DNA of 64,000 nt from an uncultured Actinomycetota bacterium (GTDB lineage: Bacteria > Actinomycetota > Humimicrobiia > Humimicrobiales > Humimicrobiaceae). The stretch is from contig CAZKVH010000002.1 in NCBI GenBank assembly GCA_964556165.1, forward strand, positions 32,616-96,615, given 5' to 3'. Position 1 is the stretch's first letter; each line of letters starts with the position of its first letter. The position numbers and the translations under genes were made by a program. The notes under the pieces were generated by a model. The model saw only the letters and a program-made list of their open reading frames with translations, was not told where the DNA came from and did no database searches. Shown in pieces: positions 27,965 through 38,028 of the stretch.

Positions 27965-29647
27965 ATGGTAGACATAGATTATAAAAAAGAAAAAATAGGG
28001 CAGATATTATTAAACAGGAATATTATATCCGCCAGCCAGCTGGAAGAAGCGCTAAATGTCCAGAAAAACACAGGAGAGAAACTTGGAGAGATATTAATTA
28101 AGAAGGGATATATTTCTGATGAGACCCTTATGGAGCTTGTTTCTTTTCAGAGAGGCTTTGAAGTTGTGGATTTAAACAAGATACAGGACAGGATTGACCC
28201 TTCAGTAGCGAATTTAGTTTCAAAGGATTTTGCATTCAAGAGGAAAGTTTTTCCATTTGACCTTGTTGATAGTACTCTTCACGTGGCTATGACCGACCCG
28301 AGAGATATTAATGCTATTGATGAGATAAGACTCCTTACCGGATATAATGTAAAGCCTTTTATCAGCACGGGTAAAAATATAGAGAATATTATTAGATTAT
28401 ATACTTCGGAAGAGTATAGCCTTAAAGAGGTTCAGGAAATTATAAAGGATGAGGATTTTACCATTGGTAAGAAGTTTGAAGAAGAGCTTGCAGAAAAAAA
28501 CCCTCTGGTAAGACTTGCAAATCAGATTATATTGAAAGCGATATCTCTGAGGGCAAGTGACATACACATTGAGCCTCAGGAAAAGAATTGCACAATAAGA
28601 TTCAGGATAGACGGTGTTCTTCAGAAGATAAAAGATGTCCCAAAAACTGTCCAGAGGCTTCTTATATCAAGATATAAAATAATGGCCGGAATGGATATTA
28701 CCGAGAACAGGCTTCCCCAGGACGGAAGGAGTTCGATTAACTTCAGGAATAGAGCAATTGACCTCAGGTTAGCTTCAATACCAACAGTTTTTGGAGAAAA
28801 TATTACTGTAAGAATACTGGACAGGGATGAGTCTGTTTTTAACCTTAAGAATTCAGGAATGTCTGAAGACGAGTTAGAAAGATTTTTAAAAATGATTAGC
28901 ATACCCCATGGTTCGGTTATTATTACCGGGCCGACCGGTTCAGGAAAAACCACAACTCTGTATGCCAGTCTTAATAAGATATCAAATGTAGAGAAAAAAA
29001 TATTTACTATTGAAGACCCTGTAGAATTTAGGTTTCCTCAGATAATGCAGGTTCAGGTTAATCCCAAAATAGATATGACTTTTTCACGTGGTTTGAGAGC
29101 CCTGCTCAGAAGTGACCCCGATATTATTCTCATAGGTGAGATAAGGGACCTTGAGACCGCAAGAATAGCTGTAGAAGCAGCTATTACAGGGCACCTGGTC
29201 CTTACTACATTACATACAAATGATGCTCCTTCAACTCTAACCAGGCTTATGGAGATGGGTGTGGAGTCTTATATGATATCATCATCTGTAACAGGCATAG
29301 TTGCTCAGAGACTTGTAAGGGTATTATGTGATAATTGTAAGAAAAAAGTTGATGTACCCGAATCATCATTAAGTGAAGAAATAAGGCCTATACTAAAAGG
29401 TAAAAAGATTTATAAGAGTGTTGGTTGTAAGAGATGCAATTATACTGGATATTCAGGAAGGGTGGGCATTTATTCTCTGCTGGAGGTTTCCAAAAGAATC
29501 AGACAGATGATTCTTGAAAAAAGAGGTTCAGATGAAATAACTGATGCTGCAAGGGAAGAGGGTATGAAAACACTTCTTGAGAGTGGAGCCCAGAAAGTTG
29601 CGGAAGGCGTTACTTCGCTTGAAGAGCTTTACAGGGTCGTATATTAG
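27965..29647 (+). CDS. GspE/PilB/MshE-family secretion ATPase with an N-terminal MshEN (c-di-GMP-binding) domain
   Basis: 560 aa. The N-terminus carries tandem 24-residue motifs KIGQILLNRNIISASQLEEALNVQ, a KNTGE spacer, and KLGEILIKKGYISDETLMELVSFQ. Walker A is GPTGSGKTTT. Asp-box, Walker B and His-box regions are present, with a C-terminal tetracysteine motif CDNC...CKRC. No pilC, pilT or pilM lies adjacent. Confidence 0.8.
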   Translation: MVDIDYKKEKIGQILLNRNIISASQLEEALNVQKNTGEKLGEILIKKGYISDETLMELVSFQRGFEVVDLNKIQDRIDPSVANLVSKDFAFKRKVFPFDLVDSTLHVAMTDPRDINAIDEIRLLTGYNVKPFISTGKNIENIIRLYTSEEYSLKEVQEIIKDEDFTIGKKFEEELAEKNPLVRLANQIILKAISLRASDIHIEPQEKNCTIRFRIDGVLQKIKDVPKTVQRLLISRYKIMAGMDITENRLPQDGRSSINFRNRAIDLRLASIPTVFGENITVRILDRDESVFNLKNSGMSEDELERFLKMISIPHGSVIITGPTGSGKTTTLYASLNKISNVEKKIFTIEDPVEFRFPQIMQVQVNPKIDMTFSRGLRALLRSDPDIILIGEIRDLETARIAVEAAITGHLVLTTLHTNDAPSTLTRLMEMGVESYMISSSVTGIVAQRLVRVLCDNCKKKVDVPESSLSEEIRPILKGKKIYKSVGCKRCNYTGYSGRVGIYSLLEVSKRIRQMILEKRGSDEITDAAREEGMKTLLESGAQKVAEGVTSLEELYRVVY

Positions 29648-29726
29648 ATTTATTGTTAGTTATTAATTTAATTAAAAAATCTTAGCTTAGTCAAAACAAA
29701 ATAACAGAAAACTGGATTCTTTCGGA

Positions 29727-32700
29727 ATGAAAAAAGATAATTTTGTTCATTTGCATGTCCACAGCGAATATTCTCTGTTAGATGGTGCTTCAAGAATACC
29801 AAAGTTAATAGAAAAGGCCTGCAGTTTTAATATGCCTGCTGTAGCATTAACAGACCACGGAGTTATGTATGGTATTATTGATTTTTATCTTCAGGCAAAG
29901 AAGTCAGGAATAAAACCAATAATTGGGTGTGAGGTTTACCAGGCACCAAAAAGCAGGTGGCATAAGCATAAGGACAGAGATAAAAAAGAAGGGATTTCAT
30001 ATCACCTTACCCTCCTTGCTGAAAACAATCGCGGCTACCAAAACCTGATGAGATTGGTGAGCCTGGGATTTCTGGAGGGTTTTTACTATAAACCTCGCGT
30101 GGATAAAGAACTCCTTAGGGAATATGGGGAAGGTATCATTGCTCTTAGCGGATGTATTTCAGGTGAAATACCAAAGAATATTGCTGCAGGAAATATTGAA
30201 GCTACAAAAAGAATTATGGAGGAATATATTGATATATTCGGGAGGGATAGCTTTTTCTTAGAGTTGCAGGATTCTGGTATACCCGAACAAAAGAATATAA
30301 ACAGGGCTATAATGGAGCTGTCTTCTGAATATAAAATCCCCATGGTTGCTACTAATGACATCCATTATCTGGATAAGAGTGACAGTAAGGCACACGATGT
30401 TTTGCTCTGTATACAAACTGGCTCTACCATAAATGAGCCGGGGCGCATGAAATTTCCCACAGAAGAATATTACTTTAAAAGCTATGAGGAGATGAAGGAG
30501 CTCTTTAGTGGTTATCCCGGCGCCATTGAGAACACGCTGGAGATTGCAGACAGATGCAATGTTAATTTAAAGTTTGGCATGAATCTAATACCATCTTTTG
30601 ATGTTCCTGAGGGCTATACCCCTGATGTATATTTAAAGGAACTTTGTTACAGTAACGTTGAAAAAAGATATGGCAGCATCTCAGAATCGGTAGATGAGAG
30701 AATAAAAAGAGAACTTTCAGTTATAAATAAGATGGGTTTTTCAGAATACTTTTTAATAGTGTGGGATTTAGTTAATTTTGCAAAGAATAATAGCATAAGA
30801 GTTGGGCCAGGAAGGGGCTCTGCCGCAGGAAGCATCGTGGCATACCTTCTGGGTATAACAGACATAGAACCTTTAAAATATGACCTTCTTTTTGAAAGAT
30901 TTTTAAATGAGGAGAGAGGAAGTATGCCTGATATAGATATAGATTTCTGTTATGAAAAAAGGGATGAAGTTATAAATTATGTAACAAGGAAATATGGTGA
31001 AAAAAGAGTCGCTCAACTAATTACTTTCGGGACGATGGCTGCAAGACAGGCTATTAGAGATGCAGGAAGAGTTATGGAAGTCCCTTATGCAGATGTGGAC
31101 CGGATAGCTAAAATGGTTCCCATGGAGTTAAATGTGACTATAAAAGATTCATTGGAAATGGCTCCGGAGTTAAGGGAGATTTACGATAATAACGAAAAGA
31201 TAAGGGAAGTAATTGATACTGCAATTTCACTTGAGGGTATAACAAGGCAGGATTCGATACATGCTGCAGGAGTAGTGATATCTTCTGAGGAGCTTTGCAA
31301 ATATACGCCAATCCAGAAAGAGAATGAGGGTGATATCGTAACACAGTATAAGATGGAAGATATTCAGAAAATAGGGCTGCTAAAAATGGATTTTCTTGGA
31401 CTCAAAACACTTTCATTGATAGATAGAGCATTATTCTTAATAAAGAAAACGAAAGGTATAGAGATAGATAGCAATAGTATAAGTCTGGAGGATAAAAAGA
31501 CTTTTGGCATGTTAAGTGAAGGAGAATGTCTCGGGGTATTCCAGCTTGAAAGTTCAGGTATGAGGGAACTGATAATAAATTTAAAGCCTTCAAGATTCGA
31601 AGATTTAATTGCACTTCTGGCTCTTTACAGGCCGGGACCTCTACAGAGCGGGATGGTGAGTGATTTTGTTGAGAGCAGGAATGGAAGAAGGCAGATTAAT
31701 TACCTGCATCCTTCTCTGGAAAAAATTCTTAAAAGTACGTATGGAATTATATTGTACCAGGAGCAGGTTATGAGAATAGCCTCAGAGCTCGCCGGTTTCA
31801 GTATGTCAGAAGCAGATGTTTTAAGGGGAGCTATAAGTAAGAAAAAAAGAAACCTTCTGTCAAAACAAAAAAGCAAATTTATTGACGGAGCCAGAGAAAG
31901 GGGAGTTGACGGGAAAGTCTCTGAAAAAATATTCGAGCTGGTAAATCATTTTGCTGAGTATGGATTTAATAAATCCCATAGTACTGCTTATGCTATGATT
32001 TCGTACCAGACTGCCTATCTAAAAGCCAATTATCCTGTGGAGTTTATGGCAGCTCTTCTCAGCATAAGGATGGGTAGTCAGGAAAAAGTAGCACAGTATG
32101 TTAATGAGACCAGAAGAATGGGCATTAGTGTTCTTCCACCTGATATTAATGAAAGTTTTTCTGATTTCACTGTGGTCGGGGATTCAATAAGGTTTGGGCT
32201 TTCAGCAATTAAAAATGTGGGCACTAATGTGGTTGAATCGGTGGAGGAGGAGAGGAAAAAAAATGGAAAATTCAAAGATTTCAATGATTTCTGTGAGAGA
32301 GTAGATAATAGTGTTTTAAATAAAAAGACTATAGAGAGCCTCATAAAAAGCGGAACTTTTGATTCCCTGGGCTTAAGCAGAAAATATCTGCTGGAAAATT
32401 ACGAGAAAGTTATAGAAGAAGTAGTTAAAATCAGGAAAGATAGGAATATTGGTCAGTATTCATTATTTGAAACAAATAGCGCTGGAAGAAAAAGAACCTT
32501 AACAGAGGAGTCTAATTTACTTGAAGAAAAGTATAAAGAATTCTCAAGGAAGGAATTATTGAATTTTGAAAAAGAAATGCTGGGTCTTTATATCTCAGGC
32601 CACCCTTTATTTGAATATGGAAATACATTATCTAAATTAACTCCGGTAGAAGCACTGGGTAATCTGGAAGATAAAACAAACGTTTCTGTTGGAGGTATTA

Positions 32701-33212
32701 TTAACAGGATCAGGACTATATATACAAAAAAAGATCAGCAAATGTGTTTTCTGGAGCTTGAAGATTTTAATGATAATATAGAAGTAATCGTATTTCCGTC
32801 AGTTCTTGAAAGATTCAGGGAAATCATTGCTGAAGACAGAATTGTAAGGATTAAAGGTAAATTAGACAAAAAAGAGGATCAGATAAAAATTATAGCCAAT
32901 GATTTTGATGAATTGGGAAAGGACATAAAAGTTAGCAGGAACCAGGATGAGCTTATCGGCGACAAGAGCGATAAAATAGTTTTTACGGTTAAGGAATGTG
33001 AGATGGATGAAAATCTGGTAAATGAACTTTATGATATAATAAAAAAGTACCCCGGATATTATGAGGTAGAGTTTAAAATAACCGGTAAGAATGGAAAAGA
33101 CATTGAGAAAACATACAAACTTCCTTCGTCTTACAAAATAAAAATGGATAGCGAACTGGAGAATGACCTCAGGGAAGTTTTTGGAAATAAAATTATGTGG
33201 GACAGGTATTAA
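29727..33212 (+). CDS. dnaE: DNA polymerase III alpha subunit (DnaE type)
   Basis: 1161 aa. The N-terminal PHP domain reads HLHVHSEYSLLDG. The polymerase core, HhH and OB-fold regions are present. Confidence 0.9.
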   Translation: MKKDNFVHLHVHSEYSLLDGASRIPKLIEKACSFNMPAVALTDHGVMYGIIDFYLQAKKSGIKPIIGCEVYQAPKSRWHKHKDRDKKEGISYHLTLLAENNRGYQNLMRLVSLGFLEGFYYKPRVDKELLREYGEGIIALSGCISGEIPKNIAAGNIEATKRIMEEYIDIFGRDSFFLELQDSGIPEQKNINRAIMELSSEYKIPMVATNDIHYLDKSDSKAHDVLLCIQTGSTINEPGRMKFPTEEYYFKSYEEMKELFSGYPGAIENTLEIADRCNVNLKFGMNLIPSFDVPEGYTPDVYLKELCYSNVEKRYGSISESVDERIKRELSVINKMGFSEYFLIVWDLVNFAKNNSIRVGPGRGSAAGSIVAYLLGITDIEPLKYDLLFERFLNEERGSMPDIDIDFCYEKRDEVINYVTRKYGEKRVAQLITFGTMAARQAIRDAGRVMEVPYADVDRIAKMVPMELNVTIKDSLEMAPELREIYDNNEKIREVIDTAISLEGITRQDSIHAAGVVISSEELCKYTPIQKENEGDIVTQYKMEDIQKIGLLKMDFLGLKTLSLIDRALFLIKKTKGIEIDSNSISLEDKKTFGMLSEGECLGVFQLESSGMRELIINLKPSRFEDLIALLALYRPGPLQSGMVSDFVESRNGRRQINYLHPSLEKILKSTYGIILYQEQVMRIASELAGFSMSEADVLRGAISKKKRNLLSKQKSKFIDGARERGVDGKVSEKIFELVNHFAEYGFNKSHSTAYAMISYQTAYLKANYPVEFMAALLSIRMGSQEKVAQYVNETRRMGISVLPPDINESFSDFTVVGDSIRFGLSAIKNVGTNVVESVEEERKKNGKFKDFNDFCERVDNSVLNKKTIESLIKSGTFDSLGLSRKYLLENYEKVIEEVVKIRKDRNIGQYSLFETNSAGRKRTLTEESNLLEEKYKEFSRKELLNFEKEMLGLYISGHPLFEYGNTLSKLTPVEALGNLEDKTNVSVGGIINRIRTIYTKKDQQMCFLELEDFNDNIEVIVFPSVLERFREIIAEDRIVRIKGKLDKKEDQIKIIANDFDELGKDIKVSRNQDELIGDKSDKIVFTVKECEMDENLVNELYDIIKKYPGYYEVEFKITGKNGKDIEKTYKLPSSYKIKMDSELENDLREVFGNKIMWDRY

Positions 33213-33240
33213 ATTGTAAAAGAATGTCAGGGGGTTTAGA

Positions 33241-34335
33241 GTGCATGATTTAAAGTTTGCAGTGCTGGGAGCAGGTCATGGCGGGAAAGCCGTTGCGGCA
33301 CATCTGGCAATAAAGGGCTTTACGGTTAATTTATATAACAGGACTTTCTCGAATATACAACCCATAAGAAAAATGAAGGGTATAGAGCTTGAAGGTGAAG
33401 TTAATGGTTTTGGTAAACTTAATATAGTAACAAACCATATAGAAGAAGCAATAAAGGGCGTGGATATAATTATGGTCGTTGTTCCAGCAGATGCCCATTA
33501 TTATATTGCCAAGATTTGCGCTCCTTACCTTACTGAAAAACAAATAGTAGTTTTAAATCCCGGGAGAACCTGTGGAGCACTTGAGTTTTTAAACGTAATC
33601 AGGAAAGAAGGGAACGACAGAGATGTTATTGTAGCTGAAGCCCAGACTTTTATATACGCAAGCAGAGGAATGGGACCGGCATCAGCTAAAATATTCAGAA
33701 TAAAACAGGCAATACCGGTAGCTGCTATACCTTCAAAAAAAACTGAATTTGTAATAAAAAAGCTAAATAATGCATTTACGGAATTTATTCCTGCTGCAAG
33801 CGCTATTGAGACCAGTTTTAATAACATGGGTGCAGTATTTCATCCTTCTATTACAATACTTAATTCAAGCAGAATTGAATCTACCATGGGGAATTTTCAA
33901 TTTTATATAGATGGGGTAACGCAAACTGTAGCGAGAATTTTAGAAGCAGTTGATAAAGAACGTGTAATTGTTGCAAGAAAACTGAGGTGTGCAAACACTT
34001 ATACTGCTATAGAATGGCTGTCAATGGCATATAATGTGGTGGAGGACAATTTATTTGATGCAATACATAGTAATCCCGGTTATGTAGGGATTATGGCTCC
34101 AAGAACTATAAATGTAAGATACATAACAGAGGATGTACCGATGAGCCTGGTTCCTATTTCAGAATTTGGCAGAGCCCTGGGAGTAAGGACGGAAGTTATT
34201 GATTCGCTTATAAATATAGCAGATGTTATATTTAAAAAAGATTTTAGAAAAATTGGAAGGAACCTATCGAGACTGCATCTTGAAGGTTTAAATCTCGAGC
34301 AGTTAAGAGGTGCTTTTATCAAGGGTCAGGTGTAG
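33241..34335 (+). CDS. NAD(P)-dependent opine-dehydrogenase-family protein (octopine/nopaline dehydrogenase-like)
   Basis: 364 aa. The N-terminal Rossmann motif is KFAVLGAGHGGKAVAAHLAIKGFTV. Conserved blocks IVVLNPGRTCGALEF and the helical C-terminal domain are typical of bacterial Octopine_DH-family enzymes. Confidence 0.5.
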   Translation: MHDLKFAVLGAGHGGKAVAAHLAIKGFTVNLYNRTFSNIQPIRKMKGIELEGEVNGFGKLNIVTNHIEEAIKGVDIIMVVVPADAHYYIAKICAPYLTEKQIVVLNPGRTCGALEFLNVIRKEGNDRDVIVAEAQTFIYASRGMGPASAKIFRIKQAIPVAAIPSKKTEFVIKKLNNAFTEFIPAASAIETSFNNMGAVFHPSITILNSSRIESTMGNFQFYIDGVTQTVARILEAVDKERVIVARKLRCANTYTAIEWLSMAYNVVEDNLFDAIHSNPGYVGIMAPRTINVRYITEDVPMSLVPISEFGRALGVRTEVIDSLINIADVIFKKDFRKIGRNLSRLHLEGLNLEQLRGAFIKGQV

Positions 34336-34344
34336 TTATTAATT

Positions 34345-35976
34345 ATGAAAAAGATACTCGGTGCATGCATTGGAAGTTGCGTACATATTGCAGGAATACT
34401 GAATTTTCTAAGCTTATCCAAAAAATATGGATATAAGACAGAATTTGCAGGTTCGGCCTGTTCGATTGACAGGCTAAAGGAAAATATAGAGAAATATAAA
34501 CCCGATATTGTTGCTGTCAGTTACCGACTGTCACCTGAAAGTGCTCTTCCTTTATTTAAGGAATTAAAAGAAAAGATAATAAAAGAGCTTAAAAGAAGTA
34601 AGATGGAGTTTATTCTGGGAGGGACAAAACCGGTTGCCGAGGTAGGGAAAAAACTGGGAATTTTTAGTGCTATTTTTACCGGAGAAGAAAGAATCGAGGA
34701 AATTGAGAGTTTTTTAACTAAAAAGAAAATCAAAAGGGGAAGCGAAATTCCCCCTCAGGATATTCTGGGGCGTGTTAATTACAAAAAACCTTTCCCGGTT
34801 ATAAGACATCATTATGGAAGGCCTTCTCTCGAAGAAACAAAAAAGGGTATAAGGAAAATTTCCTCAAGTGGGCTTCTTGATGTTATATCTATCGGGCCTG
34901 ACCAGAATACACAGGAATTTTTTTTCCACCCTGAGAAGATGGACAGAAATCAGGATGGTGCAGGAGGAGTACCTTTAAGGAGTGCAGAAGATTTTAAGAG
35001 TCTTTATTCTGCTTCAAGAACAGGAAATTACCCGCTGATGCGTTGCTACAGCGGGACGAATGATATTATAAAAATGGCAGAAATCCTTAAGGAGAGTATC
35101 AATAATGCATGGTGTGCAGTACCCCTGTGCTGGTACAATGAGCTTGATAACAGAAGCAGTAGAAATCTTAAAGATGCAATAGCTGAAAACCAATCGGTAA
35201 TGAGATGGCACGCAGAGAGAGATATTCCGGTAGAAGTTAATGAATCACATCACTGGAGTCTGAGGTATTCGCCTGATTCAGTTGCTGTAGCAGCAGCTTA
35301 TATTGCTGCATACAATGCCAGGATGATGGGGGTAAAGGTTTATATCTCACAGTATATGTTCAACACGCCACCCGAAACATCATTTACAATGGACCTTGCT
35401 AAAATGCTCGCTAAAGTAGAAATGATAGAGTCCATGCATGATAGCAATTTCCTTACATTAAGACAGACAAGGACGGGATTATTCAGCTATCCTACTGATT
35501 ATGATGAAAGCAAGGGCCAGCTTGCCTCTTCTACTTTATTGCAGATGCAGTTGAGTCCGCATATTCTGCATGTAGTTGCTTACTGTGAAGCGGACCATGC
35601 TGCAAGAGCAGAAGATATAATTGAAAGCATAAAAATCGCAAGAAAAGTTATATATAATTATCTTGATGGTTGTCCTGATATGAAATTAGATGGAGATGTT
35701 ATATCAAGGAAGGAAGAATTAAAATATGATGCCGGGTTGATTATAGAAAAAATAAAGAGTCTTGATAAAGACAGGAAGTTTGAGAACCCTTTAATTTCTC
35801 CGGAAATAATTGCAAAGTCAATAAAAGCGGGAATTCTTGATGCACCTCATCTTAAGGGAGTAAAAGCCGGAAAGGGTGAAGTAAGAACAGCTTTTATTGA
35901 TGGTAAAAACGTAATAGTTGACAGTTATGGTAAGCCTATAACAGAAGAAGAACGTCTTGATAAAATACCGGTATAA
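34345..35976 (+). CDS. Hypothetical 543-aa protein with an N-terminal Rossmann module resembling a cobalamin-binding domain (KILGACIGSCVHIAG...IVAVS...ILGGT) and a large C-terminal domain of unknown family
   Basis: It is separated by only 9 nt from the opine-DH-family gene. I cannot assign the C-terminal 400-aa region to a family by eye. There is no radical-SAM CxxxCxxC motif. Confidence 0.3.
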   Translation: MKKILGACIGSCVHIAGILNFLSLSKKYGYKTEFAGSACSIDRLKENIEKYKPDIVAVSYRLSPESALPLFKELKEKIIKELKRSKMEFILGGTKPVAEVGKKLGIFSAIFTGEERIEEIESFLTKKKIKRGSEIPPQDILGRVNYKKPFPVIRHHYGRPSLEETKKGIRKISSSGLLDVISIGPDQNTQEFFFHPEKMDRNQDGAGGVPLRSAEDFKSLYSASRTGNYPLMRCYSGTNDIIKMAEILKESINNAWCAVPLCWYNELDNRSSRNLKDAIAENQSVMRWHAERDIPVEVNESHHWSLRYSPDSVAVAAAYIAAYNARMMGVKVYISQYMFNTPPETSFTMDLAKMLAKVEMIESMHDSNFLTLRQTRTGLFSYPTDYDESKGQLASSTLLQMQLSPHILHVVAYCEADHAARAEDIIESIKIARKVIYNYLDGCPDMKLDGDVISRKEELKYDAGLIIEKIKSLDKDRKFENPLISPEIIAKSIKAGILDAPHLKGVKAGKGEVRTAFIDGKNVIVDSYGKPITEEERLDKIPV

Positions 35977-36096
35977 AGTAAATTAACGGAGCAGGTGTAA
36001 TTGCTTCTGGAATGCGAAATTAAAGCTTTTTTAAAGTTATCGTAGTGTGGTAAAATACCCTTTTATATTAAATATCAACTATATGTAAAACAAAAA

Positions 36097-37377
36097 ATGT
36101 TTGATAATAAAAAAAGTAATAATATTATAAAACTTCCATTCGGGACGAGGGATATACTTCCTTCTGAAATAGATGAGAGAAATAAAATAAAGGAATTAAT
36201 TTCGAGAGAGTTCAGAATGTGGGGTTATGGGGAGGTAAACACTCCTGTATTTGAGTATACCAGAAATATATCGGTTGGTGCCGGTAAGAATTGGAAAGAT
36301 AAGCTGATTAATTTTTTTGATGTTGATGGAAATCCGGTATCCCTGAGAAGCGATATGACCATACCCATAGCCAGGCTTGCCGGGATGAGATTAAAGGAAA
36401 ATCAGCTACCATCGAGATTTTGTTATTTTGCAGACTCGTTCAGGCAATCCGGAACACAAAAAGGAGCAAGACGGATTTACAATCAGGCAGGTCTGGAGCT
36501 TATTGGATTCAAAAATAGCATTATAGCTGATGTGGAAGTACTTATAATATTAATAAATATTCTAAATGGATTAAACGTAAAGGATTATAAGATAGGTCTG
36601 GGGCATGTGGAATTTATTGAAGGATTATGCGACTGGTTTGAGCTTGATATAAAGGAGAGAGATTTTATCAGGAACAGAGTTATACTGAAGGACTTTGTTG
36701 AACTGGAAAATTTTTTAAATAAAAGAGACACAAAAAAAGCAAAAATTTTTATAAAATTACTTCAACCGGAAAGTAGTATTGATAAAATAAGTAATTTAAT
36801 CTCTGATATTGATAATAAAAAAGTTATTCAGAGTTTTAATTATATTAAAGAATTAAATAATATACTTACGGGGCTCAATAATAAGGATTATTTTATAACT
36901 GATTTTAGCATCGTAAGGGATTTTGATTATTATACAGGACTGTTATTCGAGGTTTACTGCCCTGCCTTAAATGATATCATAGGCAGTGGAGGAAGGTATG
37001 ACAAACTTATAAAAAAGTTTGGGAAGGATATACCCGCGACCGGGTTTGCTCTTGATATCGACCTTGCCCATAAAGCTATTGAGGTACTGCAAGGTAAAGA
37101 AGAACTTAAGATTTTACTGAAAACAGGGAATAATGCAGATATAGGGGATTCTATAAAACTGATTGAAATAGCACGGAAGTTGCATAAAATGGGTGTAATA
37201 GTTGAACTGCTCTATGAGGATAAGCCGGAGCTTGAAGTTTTTGCACTGGAAAAGAAATATAATATTATTGTTGAGGTCAAATCTAATTTTAAGGATCTGG
37301 AAGTACTGGATATAAAAAGTAATTCAAGAAAAGTAGAGAAAATAAATGACTTTATTGAAGGGTTAAAAAGGAGATAA
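36097..37377 (+). CDS. hisZ: ATP phosphoribosyltransferase regulatory subunit (HisRS paralog)
   Basis: 426 aa class-II aaRS-like protein (LPFGTRDILP ... GGRYDKL). It lies directly upstream of a short-form (216-aa) hisG, which requires HisZ. Confidence 0.7.
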   Translation: MFDNKKSNNIIKLPFGTRDILPSEIDERNKIKELISREFRMWGYGEVNTPVFEYTRNISVGAGKNWKDKLINFFDVDGNPVSLRSDMTIPIARLAGMRLKENQLPSRFCYFADSFRQSGTQKGARRIYNQAGLELIGFKNSIIADVEVLIILINILNGLNVKDYKIGLGHVEFIEGLCDWFELDIKERDFIRNRVILKDFVELENFLNKRDTKKAKIFIKLLQPESSIDKISNLISDIDNKKVIQSFNYIKELNNILTGLNNKDYFITDFSIVRDFDYYTGLLFEVYCPALNDIIGSGGRYDKLIKKFGKDIPATGFALDIDLAHKAIEVLQGKEELKILLKTGNNADIGDSIKLIEIARKLHKMGVIVELLYEDKPELEVFALEKKYNIIVEVKSNFKDLEVLDIKSNSRKVEKINDFIEGLKRR

Positions 37378-38028
37378 ATGGCAAAAGAAGCAATTAAAAT
37401 TGCTATCCCAAAGGGATATTTATTTGAACCATGCGTTGGAGTGCTGGAGAAAGCAGGCTATGACGTGTCTTTTTTGCTGGAAGATAACAGAAAACTATCA
37501 ATATATTCCAGCAGGGATTCCATAGTATATATTATATCGCGGCCCATGGATGTTCCTGTATATGTTGAACACGGAGCATGTGATTTAGGATTTTCAGGAA
37601 AAGATGCATTAATGGAGAAGGAAAGTAAGGTATATGAGCTGCTGGATTTAAAGAATGGTGAGTGCAGGATAATTCTGGCTACTCTAAAAAATGAGATAGA
37701 AAATGTTAAGAAGCACTACAGCCGTTTTGGAGTGGTAAAGGTTGCTACAAGTTATCCAAATATTGCCAGGAAATATTTTGATGAAAAAGGCATTCAGGCA
37801 GAGATTATAAAGCTACATGGCTCTGTAGAACTTGCTCCTGCGCTTGGAATTGCAGACGAGATACTTGACATTACATCAACAGGCAGAACTCTTGAAGATA
37901 ATAATCTGGTTGAGATGTCAGAGATTGCAGTATCCACCACCAGGGTTATTGCCAATGCTACAAGTTACAGAGTTAAATATGATTTAATAAATAATTTTAT
38001 AAATAAAATTAAGAGTGTTATAAAATGA
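37378..38028 (+). CDS. hisG: ATP phosphoribosyltransferase, short form
   Basis: 216 aa (IAIPKGYLFEP ... LDITSTGRTLEDNNL). It is start/stop coupled to hisZ. Confidence 0.85.
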   Translation: MAKEAIKIAIPKGYLFEPCVGVLEKAGYDVSFLLEDNRKLSIYSSRDSIVYIISRPMDVPVYVEHGACDLGFSGKDALMEKESKVYELLDLKNGECRIILATLKNEIENVKKHYSRFGVVKVATSYPNIARKYFDEKGIQAEIIKLHGSVELAPALGIADEILDITSTGRTLEDNNLVEMSEIAVSTTRVIANATSYRVKYDLINNFINKIKSVIK

